From Podarcis gaigeae (Eukaryota), in assembly GCA_964106915.2 (NCBI GenBank), contig OZ066917.1: a stretch of 64,000 nucleotides of DNA; one strand, written 5' to 3'. A program made the translations under genes and the position numbers. The notes below the pieces were generated by a model. It was not told the origin of the DNA. It ran no database searches and was given only the letters and a program-made list of their open reading frames with translations. Within the stretch, counting starts at the first letter, position 1. Each line of letters starts with the position of its first letter. Below, one piece after another: positions 1 to 12,542 of this stretch.

Positions 1-2545
1 ATTGCAACTTGCTTACAATGAGCTGACGGCCATGTCTCTGTCCCAATCAAGACATCCTCTGAGAAAGACAAGAAGTTGCTGTGCAGCCTATTCTTTATTC
101 CAAGAGCCACCATTATAGAGATTCATGATGTAACTGAAGACTGCAAAAATGTTCTCCAGTCAGAAAGAGCTCCTACAGTAGCTTACAAATAAGCTTGAGG
201 TATCCTGTTGAAGGGTGGTATCCGCATTAACAGGAAGGGCATGGTTACTAGGCTCCTGACACCTCTAGTAACATTCAAATGAGGGAGATCATGACTAAGG
301 GCTGCAGTAAGGGCATATTTATAACACAGCCCCTCCCCACCCCCATGTCTTGTTCACCATTACCAGAGCTGTGTGGGATAGGACCCAAGCGAGCAGCAGA
401 GATGCCACTCCTGGGACACAGGAACTGGCACCAAAATCAGCCAAACACTTTCAAGGGTGGAATTTCATAAGCCCTAGCACATAGCAATAGGCACAAGGAC
501 TGCTCAATACATACAAAAACAGAGGGATATAGTGCATTGGTATCATTTGCTACAAGACATAAGGTGGGGGAATATAAGCTATGTTATTAGAAATATGGCA
601 ATACTTATACTGTACATTCACATTGAACTTACTAAAAAACAAAAGCTTTCCTTTATAATTAGGAATACAACCAACTGTATATTAATAAAGCCTCATCAAT
701 CTTTTCCCCTCCTTCAGAGTTTGTACTATTTCACTGGCCTCAAGGTTGGAAAATCTGATCAACAGCCCTCAAAGGATGTTTTTGGGAGAAGCAGAGAATT
801 CATAAAAGTAAATGGACAGGACAAAGAATTCCTGATGTGTACAAAGACATTTAATTATTTTCAAACCTTGTGAGTCAAAAATTTTATGGGGCATAATGAT
901 TCCCACCACCTCTTCATTCCTCACAACTCAAAAGTAGCTGTTAAGCTTTCCACCCTCAAATTAGAACCGTTGGTCTGTCTTGGGGCTGTAACAGGTCATC
1001 TGAGAACTTTCAGCCCAAAAGGAAGATTTTGGAAGCTTAGTTGCAATGTGTGCAGCGTTCGCAATTACTAATGCCTGGAGACAACTCTTTTCCCATAGAG
1101 ACACTTAGCTCTTTCTTCTTTGGCCTGAAAAATGTTTCTCTAGCAAAGATGTTAGTGATAAGATTTTCACGTTCTCCCAAGAGCTGGCTTGCAAATCCTG
1201 TCCTCAGCCCTGGAAAATCCTATTCAATCGCAAGCTACGCTTTGGGCATTCCACAGGCACCAACCAGTCTGGCTGAAGCGCACAGGGACTGTGACAGGCA
1301 TCTGCAAGCAGCTGCACCAATTTGAAGGGTATTTCAGAGGCCAAATTTCACCATCTTAAACTTGTGCTGCCCGTTAGAAGCTGTGACTGAAATGCGTACA
1401 GACTTAATTTAAGCACTTCAAAGCCACATTATTTCCCTAGTTCTTAGAAATTTCTTTTGTACTTTCATTTTACCTAATTTAAAACGTTACCCTTGTGGGA
1501 AATTGTGTTGCCAGTAAATTCACTGTCAAACTTTCCGCATGGACATCTCACCAGTCAAAATGACTGTGTCCTCACCTTTCCTTCCTATGAACTCTTGAGG
1601 TTAAAATCTTAACCTGAGAAGCCAACCAAGCACCCAAAGCATACAATTATCTCCCATTAACTCACACACATTATCACAACAAACCAATGTGAGTTTGTAA
1701 ACAGAAAGCTGTTTTATAACCCTCCCCCCCTCAAACCCCCCCATTTAAATGCATTAAATCAAAACAAGATGACCTTGTTTTCAAAACATGCCTAAGCTTC
1801 CTTTGCTCTTGTCAAGCTCTGGGGTTTAGGGGCTTAGAGACCTTGCAAAGGGGGTGGGGGGCGCGAGATGACAGATCCTTCCTCAGTACCAGGGAAGAGA
1901 GATGGCAAATTTCAAAATCCTAGTAAAGGATCTCTGTGTTTGGAACACTACTGCATTCCCTGTTTCATATTTAGAACAGAGGTTGTGGAGGGTCCTGAAG
2001 AAGGTAAAATGTGTATTACCAGCTGCATCCTAGTGGCTTAGCTGCAAATGTTAAGGTGTGATGAATCTAGGCAGAAAAAGAAAGGTGAGAGATATTGACC
2101 ATGTCCCTACTCCTATTCCCCAGCTTAAGGGGTGAGTGCCAATATTTATGTAGCCAAAAGAGCACCGCCCATGCACAAGAGGGTGGTAAAAGCATGCTTG
2201 GGGGAAAACCTCAAGATTTGCAGAACAAACGGAAAAATAACTGAGGAGGCAAAAAGCTCCCAAAACCTGGAAGGGGGAGCAAGGACTGTGGGGTAGGGGG
2301 AAAGGGGAGAGGAAAGAAGTAGGGAGAGAACAAAGGTACAGCTGCCCCTAAATACTCAGCCTAGGCAACTTGTCTTTCTCCAAATATTAAGTTGCAGTTC
2401 CTGTCTCTATATGGTGTGCAGTAGGGAGAGACATTCTATATATATAGCAGCTGGATGTTTCTCACAACAAGTTCGTTCACAATAAGCAGTGATTGAGCTT
2501 TTCTTTCTTGGGGGCCCAAAGCCCCGGACCTACAGATAACTTTAC

Positions 2546-2953
2546 CTGGCTGTTTCACCACAATGGTTGTCAGCCCAGACAGGTCCTCTGCCCGTTTGTA
2601 CCATGCGTTTGTGGGACCCAGTATCCACTCCTCCACCCGGCAGTCGTAGGTCCCGCTGTCTTGCACAGTCATGTTCTGGATGGTGAGCAGGTAGAGGCCT
2701 GGAGAGGGGCTTTCCAAGCGCAGCCGGCTCTTCAGATCGTTCAGGGCTGACAGCTCTCCGTATAACAGGGTGGCCTGGCGAGTCAGCTTGAGCACTGCTT
2801 CTTTCTCTGGGTGGCCAGATTTCCACACATACCATTCCACAGACAACTGGGAAGCCTGGCTGCTTCGGTTGGTGACCAGGCACTCTAAGGTCACCCATTC
2901 ATTCTCCAGGATCGTGATGTTCTTCTGAGTCTGGTTCACTTCCAAAAGGTTAT
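2546..2953 (-). CDS. IGSF3: IGSF3 coding exon, Ig-V domain 7 (DNLLEVNQTQKNITILENEWVTLEC...DSGTYDCRVEEWIL...TIVVKQP)
   Basis: Acceptor acccag|ATAAC and donor CCAG|gtaaag. 408 nt, phase 1-1. Has the EWI motif and matches recalled IGSF3 Ig7. Confidence 0.95.
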
Positions 2954-4397
2954 CTGGGTGGGGGGGTGGGGGAGAAGAGGAAAAGCAACAACATAAAATT
3001 AAAAAGAAAACCAGTTGACAACGCAACAAGACTTAAGCAGTAGTCTTTGTTTTATATGCTTCAACTCAGCATTATATATTTGCTTTTAATGGTATTAATC
3101 TAAAGAGATCCCTCCAGGATAAGGTCATTGGGTTCCTTTGTGCTCCGCACATTGTTCAGGGTGGCCCTGAAATTGGAAGAACAATAAGGCATTTTTGTCC
3201 TCCATGCAATCTGCAGACACAATACCTACTAATAAGATTTAGGGATTGCAAATGTACCAAACCAGACTATTTGGAATATCAGCAGCAGGTCATCACCAGG
3301 GATTAGGAACTTCCTTTACAGCTGGCCTTAATTGGACACAACTTCCTCCAGACTGGCTGCCTGGAGCTCTTTTATACCGATTTAGTGTGATTTGCTCTAC
3401 AGTGCCAACCACATCACAATGTGATTTCTTGAATAGCATGGGCTCTGATTTTTCTTGCAGGCTTCTCGCCTCTTTCTACAGAACTGAGATTGAGAGGACT
3501 TTCTTCAACAAATGCAAGGACTGAAATGCAAAATGCCACAATGTACTCCATCGCAGTGAAAGCATTAAACACCACTTGAAGCTCTCCAAATGCAGCGCCA
3601 GCTAGTTACTGAGGACTAACCACACCTTGGGCCAGTTACTGAATCCGCTGGCACACACAGAAACCCTGATATTGTACGGCCTGGAAATTCAGGTCTCAGC
3701 CTAACCTGTGGGAAACTTCCCTATGTGCTTTTGTAATATTGAGGATTATTTTTCAATGCTGAGAAAGCAAACGGCCCTGACTCCTTCCTCTTTGCTTCCT
3801 GTGTCAAAACAGTGACCTGTTGTTCTTTCCTAACTCTGCTGGGCCTGATATGAAAAAGCAGGTTGTCCTTCAAGGACAAATGTTTAGATGTCAACACAAA
3901 GCTTTCTGGAGCAATGCTTAGCTGCTGGGAATTGCCAGCCATCACAGGCTCTGCTCTATAATAGACCTCACCTTTCTGCCTCTCTATTTGTTGGCTGGCG
4001 GTTCATTGATTTATTCAACACTTCCTTACTTCCTTCACTTTCCATTCCTGTCAGGGAAAGGATCGCCCCTTAGCAGCCCACTTCCCTTTTCATTAAACTC
4101 TCATTTCTAAGAGCTCTAAGAGCATTTCTAAGGCAATAAATAAAATTAAAGTGTACAGGAGGGGAGGAATTTGACACAGAGCTTTCCCAAGCAAACAGAT
4201 ACCTCTCCATCTGATCACTATCAATGAGATACCATCTCAGAGGCATAGAAGACCGTCTCCTTCCATTAAAGCCTGTTTGAGCAAACAGGGGGAAACACTT
4301 CCTTGCTCATGCACCAGGACCATGAAAATCTAGACTCCTGTAGTCAGAAACAGAGGCATTCTCAAAGCCAGAGGTTTTATAACAGCCTTCCCCAACC

Positions 4398-4755
4398 TAA
4401 AGGTAAAGGTACCCCTGACCTTTAGGTCCAGTTGCGGACTCTGGGGTTGCATGCGCATCTCGCTCTTTGGGCCGAGGGAGCTGGCGTTTGTCCGCAGACA
4501 GCTTCCGGGTCATGTGGCCAGCATGACTAAGCAGCTTCTGGCGAACCAGAGCAGCATATGGAAACACTGTTTACCTTCCTGTCAGAGCGGTACCTATTTA
4601 TCTACTTGCACTTTGATGTGCTTTCGAACTGCTAGGTTGGCAGGAGCAGGGACTGAGCAACGGGAGCTCACCCCGTCGCGGGGATTCGAACCACCAACCT
4701 TCTGATCGGCAAGCCCTAGGCTCTGTGGTGTAGACCACAGCACCACCCGCGTCCC
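4398..4755 (-). mobile_element. Sauria SINE (Squam1), full length
   Basis: tRNA-like head GGGACGCGGGTGG...GGTTCGAATCC and (ACCTTT)n tail on the minus strand. Near-identical to the other copies in the window. Confidence 0.9.
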
Positions 4756-4847
4756 TGGAGAAGGCCGTTTACAGGCTTTCCCCACGAACCACAGTCTGCA
4801 AACAGTATTATCAGTTGGGTCCTGAAATACTTTCGAATAGCAAAAGC

Positions 4848-5108
4848 AGCAGTCTGGTGCAGGCAGGGCAGGGTGGCGTTGCTCACTTGCCTTCCCCACC
4901 CCAAGCATCAATGTCAGTTCCTGAGTGGGAGAGGGGGGAAGTGTGGGGTATGGTGGTGGGGCTATTCGGATGCTCCTGCTGGCAAACCTGCACTGCACTG
5001 AGCCAACCCATGCCTCACCCTCCTTTCTCTCAGGAACTGGCATGGATGCTTGGCACTGGGAAGGCAAGAGAGCAACGCCACCCTGTCTCTGATGCCCCAC
5101 TGACTGCT
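4848..5108. repeat. Long imperfect inverted repeat (foldback)
   Basis: cagggtggcgttgctcacttgccttccc..ccaagcatc..cagttcctgag (from 4869) pairs with ctcaggaactgg..gatgcttgg..gggaaggcaagagagcaacgccaccctg (to 5085). Confidence 0.85.
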
Positions 5109-5474
5109 ATTGAGAAGCAGGAGATCCTGAGCTATACATAGGTTGCCAGAGTACGAATATGCAGGAGAACATGATTTTGCTGCGAGAATTTACTGAAGGC
5201 ATATTGCCCTTTCTTTCTCTCAGATTTGCTCTCCTAAATTTCCTGCGACGTGCGGAAGAATGGAAATGGGGCTACAGTGACACTCTCGCACGGATGCGTC
5301 CGTACAGTAAACATGCAGTGGGGCCAAGATACATGCTTATGGTGGGAACAGAGGCTTAACTTTCCTTTGGGAATTTGCCAGGCAGAGTGTGCAGACAGGA
5401 AGTTGCTGCGGTTCAGGAAACAGCTATAGACATGAAGTTTTAGGCAAGCTTCAGACATGGCAAGTGAGTTATAC

Positions 5475-5885
5475 CTGGCAACTTGACAGTGACTTCCGTC
5501 CGGCCAGACACTTCCTCAGCCAGCTTATACCAGGCATGGTTGGGATTGAGCAGCCACTCTTCCACGTGGCAGTAATAGCTGCCGCTGTCGCTGACCTGGG
5601 CTCTCTGGACTGTGAGGCTGAAGAGCCCCCCGGACAAGGACCTCTCAAACTGCAGCCTCCACCTCAGCCCCTCTTCCTCAGCATAGGTGCCATACTCAAA
5701 GACAGAGTTGTGGGTGGTCTTCAGGATGAGCTTCCCGTCTGTGTCCGATGGCCTGTGGACATACCACAGGACGGCAAAGTGGGAGTCCGGGCTGGTCTGA
5801 GACTTCACAGAGCAGTTCAGGGGAATGGGCTTGTTCTCCACGAGGGTGATGCTCCGCTTGGATTTGCTGACCTGCAGCTTTGTCA
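5475..5885 (-). CDS. IGSF3: IGSF3 coding exon, Ig-V domain 6 (VTKLQVSKSKRSITLVENKPIPLNC...DSGSYYCHVEEWLL...EVTVKLP)
   Basis: Acceptor ccccag|TGACA and donor CCAG|gtataa. 411 nt, phase 1-1. Very close to recalled IGSF3 Ig6. Confidence 0.97.
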
Positions 5886-6065
5886 CTGGGGGAAGGGGAT
5901 TGGGGGGACACGACACAAAAGGCAGAAAGTTTAAGGCAAACAACAACCACCACCATTCAATTATATTTATTTGTTTACTTTTTCATTCCAACCTATGTAT
6001 ACGATTCCTCTGCACATGTGAAGAGTGCCTTTCTTTCACCAAAATTCACCATGTCTGGGAACTAA

Positions 6066-6107
<42 letters not shown>
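6066..6107. repeat. (TTTC)n microsatellite
   Basis: Direct inspection. Another lies at about 56542-56591. Confidence 0.95.
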
Positions 6108-6108
<1 letters not shown>

Positions 6109-6248
6109 ATTCTATCTGCATCTGTTTATAGAGGTGGGGAACTCCTTTTGGGCCCAAGGTCACCCTTCCAGGGGATACATGCCAGTGTTGGGCAAGGCCA
6201 CAAGCAAAAGTGGGTGAAACTATGGATGTGATTTGCCTTCATACAGAG

Positions 6249-6384
6249 CAGGCATAGGCAAACTCGGCCGTCCAGTTGTTTTGGGACTACAACTCCCATC
6301 ATCCCTAGCTAACAAGACCAGTGGCCAGGGATGATGGGAGTTGTAGTCCCAAAACATCTGGAGGGCCGAGTTTGCCTATGCCTG
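6249..6384. mobile_element. Palindromic hAT MITE
   Basis: Near-perfect 136-bp palindrome with TIR CAGGCATAGGCAAAC and 8-bp TSD ATACAGAG on both sides. Confidence 0.93.
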
Positions 6385-6632
6385 ATACAGAGGGCTACAT
6401 TTCAGCCACAAGGTTTCTACAGGCACACCTGTTCCATGTTCCACCAAAGCAAGCAATAGGTGTTTCTCCCAGTTCAAAGGCACATCCCAGAAAGACAAAA
6501 GCACCCAATAAGGGCACAGAGCTGGGCTGATGAGCCACAGTGCTTGGGGAGAGCCCTGAGTGACAGAGACTTGGGGGACACATTTGCCCCCAGCTTTGAG
6601 ATTCCTCACACCTGGGTTTATACAAATCTACC

Positions 6633-6952
6633 TAAAGGTAAAGGACCCGTGAATGGTTAAGTCTAGTCAAAGGCGACTATGGGGTATGGCGCTCATCTTG
6701 CTTTTCAGGTCGAGAGAGCCAGTGTTTGTCCACAGACAGCTTTCTGGGTCATGTGGCCAGCATGACTAAACCACTTCTGGTGCACAGAGGACTGTGACAA
6801 GGGCCAGAGTGCACTGAAACGCCATTTACCTTCACGCCAGAGAGGTATCTATTTATCTCCTATGCTGGTATGCTTTTGAACTGCTAGGTTGGCAGAAGCT
6901 GGGACAGAGCAACGGGAGCTCACTCCGTCAGGCAGATTTGAACTGCCAACTT
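6633..6952 (-). mobile_element. Sauria SINE, older subfamily, 5'-truncated
   Basis: Same body (gtcatgtggccagcatgact...gaactgctaggttggcag) with diagnostic variants shared with the copy at 61091. Confidence 0.85.
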
Positions 6953-7416
6953 TACATCTACCTATAGAGTGCACATCTTTTATCTTAATTGGGCTGGCCA
7001 GGCCTAGGCTAAGTCTGTTGAGCATCACCTCCATAAACTTCTTGCTGCTTGCTGCATTTAGCTTAGTTATATTTGCCTTGTGCTTTGTTTTCTCACTACT
7101 TTTTCATGTAATTTTTAGACTTGCACATCTGGCATTAGCTCAGCTCTCATTATCTGATCAGCTTTTGTGGATGCGAGTTACCACTATATCATTTTGTAGT
7201 GTTTCTTTCTTAGGACAAAAAGGTGTGTAACTGGATCCTCTTTTTAACACCGTATTTTTCTTCTGTTTAAGATTGCTTCAGCCTTGATTAACTTCTCTGA
7301 ATGTGTCAGCAAACAGAAGATGGAGTTAGCTGAGGATTTAATTATTCCAGGATAACCAATCATGTAAACAAACTCTTAGCAGACTTTACAATTAACTGTG
7401 AGTTTGAAAGGATAAT

Positions 7417-7452
<36 letters not shown>

Positions 7453-7742
7453 GGTGTTTTAGAAACCCCTGTATACTGTACCCATCCATGTCAATATGTA
7501 GATCATCCCAAGTTTTATAAACAGTTCTTCATTGATCATTAAAAAAATATATCAGAGAATCCTACAGTAGTGGCAAAACAGGAAATATAATGCAATTCCC
7601 ATCTCACTTGTGTCTGTTCCTAAACTGTTCCCTGGAGAAACAGACGCTACAAAAAATGGAACTCACAATTCTCTCTAACTGTAGGTCTGGGATTTCATCG
7701 TAAGGAAACCGAAGACAAAAAAACGTTGATATAATATGGAAC

Positions 7743-7744
<2 letters not shown>

Positions 7745-7780
<36 letters not shown>
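7745..7780. repeat. (CA)n microsatellite
   Basis: Direct inspection. (GT)n tracts also lie at about 7418-7443 and 18040-18073. Confidence 0.95.
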
Positions 7781-7787
<7 letters not shown>

Positions 7788-8896
7788 AGTCTGACACCAG
7801 CACATTGCTACAAGTTTCAAAAGGAGAGAGGGCACCCTCCCTGGAGTCTTTCAAAAGCTTCCCAATTCCGTTAACCCTTCCATGCCAGACTGCTTTGGAG
7901 GGAATGGAGATAAGGTGAGGCACAAAACATTCTGATAAAAAAGCACTCTCGTGACAATAGAACTTTGCTTTTCCTAATACGGCATGCAAGGTTTATGCAT
8001 CCTGGCAACACATTAAGAAGTTCCCCTGGAGCCTATATTGCCGCTGGCTTTAATCAGTATGCTAATAAAGACTAGATAGCTGTGCTCTGCAATGACATGA
8101 CATATAGAGGAAAGGAGCCCTCATCTCCTCTCTCTAGGGAGCTCGCTTTAATAGGGAGGCTTAGGCTCATACTGCTGAGTAGATACTTTCCACCTTATTA
8201 ATTTTAGGAGAATAACCTCAGCCACCAAGAGGGGGCAACGTGACCCAGTGCACCTTCCTGGCTGGTGCCAAGAAGAAAAACGTTATTTCATGTGTCTGCC
8301 AGTGCTTGGGAGTCCTTGGGATGAAAAAGCAACAAGGGAAAGGAACCAATTCACAGAAATTCTACTCCTCCTACTGCTGCCCCCCCCCCCTTGCTAACAG
8401 TTTATTTTTAATTGGTACCGGATTATTTTCTGGCACTGTTGCTAAGGAAACCTCAGTTGCTATAGTAACTGTATATGTTAAATGGGCAGCCTATATCTGC
8501 TAATAAAGTACCACACACACACTCCAGCAGAGCCACAGTGTGTGTTCACACACATGTGCACATGCTGAGCATGCTATCTGCCCCTCTGGTTTTTTTTTTT
8601 TTGGGGGGGGGGGGCATTTTGCTGTGGCATTCAAGATTTTTGAAGTCCTCTTCCATTTTATTTCCTCTGAGTTGTAATAAGATGGAAACATGTGGCAGTC
8701 TCTGTTCTGCATTCACATGCTGGGTGTTTGCTTCTCCAGACTGGAATGGTTGAGCTAATGAGCTGTCTGTGCTGGCAAAAGACAGACCTTGCAAGGTTTA
8801 TTGTTCATACCAAGTTGGGGTGGCCCCTTTGTGCCACCATGTGGCCTAACACCATAAGCCCTCCCTCCACTTCTGTCAATTATAGCTGCCCATGTA

Positions 8897-9108
8897 CAGT
8901 GGTACCTAATTTGTTCCAGAGGTCCGTTCTTAACCTGAAACCGTTCTTAACCTGAGGTACCACCTTAGCTAATGGGGCCTCCCGCTGCTGCTGCGCCACC
9001 AGCACGCAATTTCTGTTCTCATCCTGAGGTAAAGTTCTTAACCTGAGGTACAACTTCCGGGTTAGCAGAGTCTATAACCTGAAGTGTCTGTAACCCGAGG
9101 TACCACTG
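8897..9108. mobile_element. Tc1/mariner (Tigger-like) MITE, family A
   Basis: TIR CAGTGGTACCT...AGGTACCACTG with TA TSD. Confidence 0.88.
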
Positions 9109-9517
9109 TATTGGGAACAGCTAAAAACATATCTTGCAAATGGTGGGTAGGGTAGTGGGATCAGACATGTCTCACCGCTTTCAACTTCAGGGGCCCCCAG
9201 GGTCCTTGTCAGAGGACAACCAAAATCCTGGAGCCATGACTCTTATAATTACATATAACTGTAGAACCTCTCTTGGACTTCTTGGATGGAAAGCAATAGG
9301 AATGAGTAAGCACTGCCTGGATTGAAGACTGGGAAAACATCAGCAGAGGGAGGAATAAATGGATATTACTCTAAACTGAACATCGGATTAGGATGAGGAA
9401 CACTTGCTAACACAACCGACAGATGGATAGCTGGAAGTCATTTCTATCGATCTCTCTTTCTCTTAGTATTTTGTTATTATTCTTATCTTTCTGTCTTTCG
9501 GCATTCTATTATTATTT

Positions 9518-9666
9518 CATAGAATCATAGAGTTGGAAAGGACCCTGAGGATTCTCTTGTCCAATCTCTTGCAATGCAGGAATATGAGCTGTCCCATGCG
9601 GGGATTGAACCTGCAACCTTGGTGTTATCAGCACCTTGCTCAAACCAAGTGAGCTATCCAGGCTCA
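9518..9666 (-). mobile_element. SINE with tRNA-Ile-like head and CR1-type 3' tail
   Basis: Minus-strand head tagctcacttggtttgagcaaggtgctgataacaccaaggttgcaggttcaatccc, followed by a CR1-like ctatgattctatg end. Confidence 0.7.
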
Positions 9667-9926
9667 GAATGATTTCTCTTAATATTCCTACTCGTTATAT
9701 TTGCATGCAGATGAAGGTGATTGATAGTCTGCAGGACCTTGAGTGAGAGACAGGAAAGGGGAGAACTGGGAGGGTACATCATTTTCTGTATGGGACAAAA
9801 AATGGGATATACTTGTGATAGAGAATCTTATATTTTTCTATCTTTCTTCTTTTCTTTTTGTTATCTTGGGTGTGAGTTGATGTGTCTTTTATTGTACTGT
9901 GAAAATTGTTTAATGAAACTTTATTT

Positions 9927-9998
9927 AAAACAAACAAACAAACAAACAAACCAACCAACCAACCAACCAACCAACCAACCAACCAACCAACCAACCAA
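9927..9998. repeat. (AAAC)n/(AACC)n compound microsatellite
   Basis: Direct inspection. It sits at the A-tail of an L1-like 3' UTR. Confidence 0.95.
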
Positions 9999-10839
9999 TA
10001 TCCTGGAGCCAGCACTGATTTCCAACCCATGTTAAACTCAGCACTGAGCTGGCTGCGCGTTTAGCTCTGCTTTCTGAGCTTCTGCACTTTTAACACAATA
10101 CCAGTTCTTCCAAGGTTTGAAAGGAGAAACCATGCATACCTATCATAATACTGTGCCAGAAACACATCAGCATTATGGAAAAGGGCATATTCCATGGGGC
10201 AAGTACACTTTGCCACTTAAGTGCTTGCAATTATTACTCACTCCAGACATGCATCAAGGTACGATGCTGAGTTATACACTGACACGTATGGGTGGCAAAT
10301 TTGGGGTTTTATTTCTGCCTGCATCATTGTAGTCAGCGATGGAATCATGACTGAACACCAGCTCTTCTTTAAGAAACATGCCATGCACCAAGAAATAAAG
10401 AACAGGGAGACAACGTGAAGAGCCACTAGCTGCACATTGCTTTGGGCAGATGTATCTGAAAGGCACAGAGACACCAAGCACATCAAAAGCCATAGCTGCT
10501 TCTGTGTTTCAGGTGGCTCAGCTTGTAGCAGCTTCTCCTACACAGCAAACCAATTTCACGTGTGGAGTAACACAGTTAACCAGTGGCTGCTGCTGAGATG
10601 CCAGGAGACCAAAGCCTTTCCGCAACACCTGCTCAATAAGCTCTGGGGAAATAAAGCAAGGACCTGAGAGGAAATCATACTTATGCCCGTTCATTCCTAA
10701 TCCAATTGCTACACCATCACTTGGTAACCTGGAGGAGTTGAGCAAAGAAGTAGTTAAGCAAAAATAGTAAAGGGCATTAGGCACAGCTTATGTGGACATT
10801 AGGTTATTCCCAATGCCACCTGCTACTGCACCATTTATT

Positions 10840-10887
10840 TTTTGTCTAAGCAGCAAGGTTGCTTTTGTCTAAGCAGCAAGGTTGCTT
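10840..10887. repeat. 23-bp tandem duplication
   Basis: ttttgtctaagcagcaaggttgc repeated twice. Confidence 0.9.
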
Positions 10888-11245
10888 AAACTTGGCAAGG
10901 TGTAACAAGTCAAAACATGTTAAATATGGGATTTAAGATTAGCTGTGAGCAGTTATGGTTCCCTTGGCCCTAGGGCAGAATGCAATTGCTATCTCTCTAC
11001 ACACAAAAGAGGCCGTCTGGGGACCAAGAAGTGAAGAATGACCTTATCGGAAGCTACTGAGGGAATTTGGCAAGGAGAAATGTAATTATCTACTGGAATT
11101 TGTCCGCAGGGATTCAGACTCCCTCCTCACACATCCTTGCTCTTGCAACACAGGAGAGGAACTCCGACTTACAAGTGGCCAACACACACAGTTAAGATTT
11201 CTTTGGAATCATCTGCAGTTGGCAAGCAGCTCTGTTATGCCTGTA

Positions 11246-11454
11246 CAGTGGTGCCTCTTGTTACGTACTTAATTCGTTCCGGAGGTCCGTTCTTAACCTG
11301 AAGCACCATTTTAGCTAATGGGGCCTCCTGCTGCTGCCACGCCGCCACAGCACGATTTCCGTTCTCATCCTGAAGCAAACTTCTTATCCCGAGGTAATAT
11401 TTCTGGGTTAGCAGAGTCTGTAACCTGAAGAGTATGTAACCCAAGGTACCACTG
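11246..11454. mobile_element. Tigger-like MITE, family A
   Basis: TA-CAGTGGTGCCT...GGTACCACTG-TA, same internal sequence as the other family A copies. Confidence 0.88.
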
Positions 11455-11579
11455 TACTAGTAGTTTGGGGGCTATATCAGAGTCACCAGAACAGGCTATA
11501 ACAGTATACAGTGTGGGGTTGTTGTTTTTTAAATAGCGCTTTCACTTAGGTGTTCCTTTTTTAAAAAAAAAAAAGTGCA

Positions 11580-11900
11580 GGAGACCAGGGCCCTGTGGGA
11601 CTTGACGTACTTCCGCGGGGCCTGCAAGATGGAGCTGTTCCGCCTGGCCTTCGGTCTGGGCCCAGTTTGACTCGCCCCTCTATGGGACCCTGTACCTCTT
11701 TGGCCCTTTTATTGGCTCATGTGGGACCAACATGGATAGCTGGCCCTGATAAATACTTGAGGTTCCCAACCCCTATGGTTGTAATTCATGGGCAGTCATT
11801 TAATTTTATCCTGATTCTAATTTTTAAGCTGTATTTTAATCAATTGTTTGATTGTGTTTAGCTGGGGAGGGTGGGGTATAAATAAAAATTTACTTACTTA
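11580..11900 (+). mobile_element. L2 LINE 3' end
   Basis: ORF2 terminus FRGACKMELFRLAF, then a T-rich 3' UTR ending ggtataaataaa. Confidence 0.65.
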
Positions 11901-12155
11901 TGAGTTCATGGTCACAAAACAGTGAAAGTTCTGCAGTCACCATTCCTGTTTTTAAACAGGCGGAAAATTTCATTATTTTTCCAGAAGGCACCTAAGCAAG
12001 CCCACTGCTAGCTAAGATCTGCACCCAAGAACAAAGCAATACTCCCACTTTCACTGTATTTTTATAACTGCAGACACATTGTTCAACTTTGCTTCGCCGG
12101 TGTATAGTTTTGGTTGGCATGCCATCTGTCTCCTTTATAGTCCCTATTCTATCAG

Positions 12156-12322
12156 AGAATCACAGAATCGTAGAGTTGGAAGGCTCCCAAGGGTCATCTA
12201 GTCCAACCCTTTGCAATGTACGAATCTCAACTAAAGCATCCATGACAGATGGCCATCCAACCTCTGCTTAAGAAACCTCCAAGGTCCACAACCCCCTCGA
12301 GGGAGTCCGTTCCACTGTCAAA
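12156..12322 (-). mobile_element. CR1 LINE 3' fragment
   Basis: agaatcacagaatcgtagagttggaagg...ggtcatctagtccaaccc. A shorter homolog lies at about 26730-26790. Confidence 0.75.
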
Positions 12323-12542
12323 GAGGAACCAGAGTAAGAGCACTCTATTTTTATTAATTTACAAATTTGAAACTGCATGTTTGTATACTCAGTAGGAAAG
12401 GGCCACACCTCTTTGTCCTGGATCACTTCCACATGGGCTGCAAGGAGCAAATAGGAAGGCTATGCAGTCTTTGGTGCAAATTGCATTTTCCTCAGTCAGC
12501 CATGTAAACAGGCAAGACACTCTGAACGGCAAGGGGCTAAGC

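Noticed and set aside
1-2545. Ig8/transmembrane exons of IGSF3
   Set aside because: No Ig-V or TM-like minus-strand reading frame is visible, so they presumably lie left of the window.
5389-5934. 181-aa plus-strand ORF and similar ORFs at 38784-39227 and 2493-2750
   Set aside because: Antisense shadows of real IGSF3 exons.
6960-7320. Possible decayed retroelement coding remnant on the minus strand
   Set aside because: Multiple stops and no diagnostic motif, so I cannot assign it from sequence alone.
9588-9666. tRNA-Ile-like sequence as a tRNA gene
   Set aside because: The acceptor stem is degenerate and it is fused to a CR1-like tail, so it is a SINE head.
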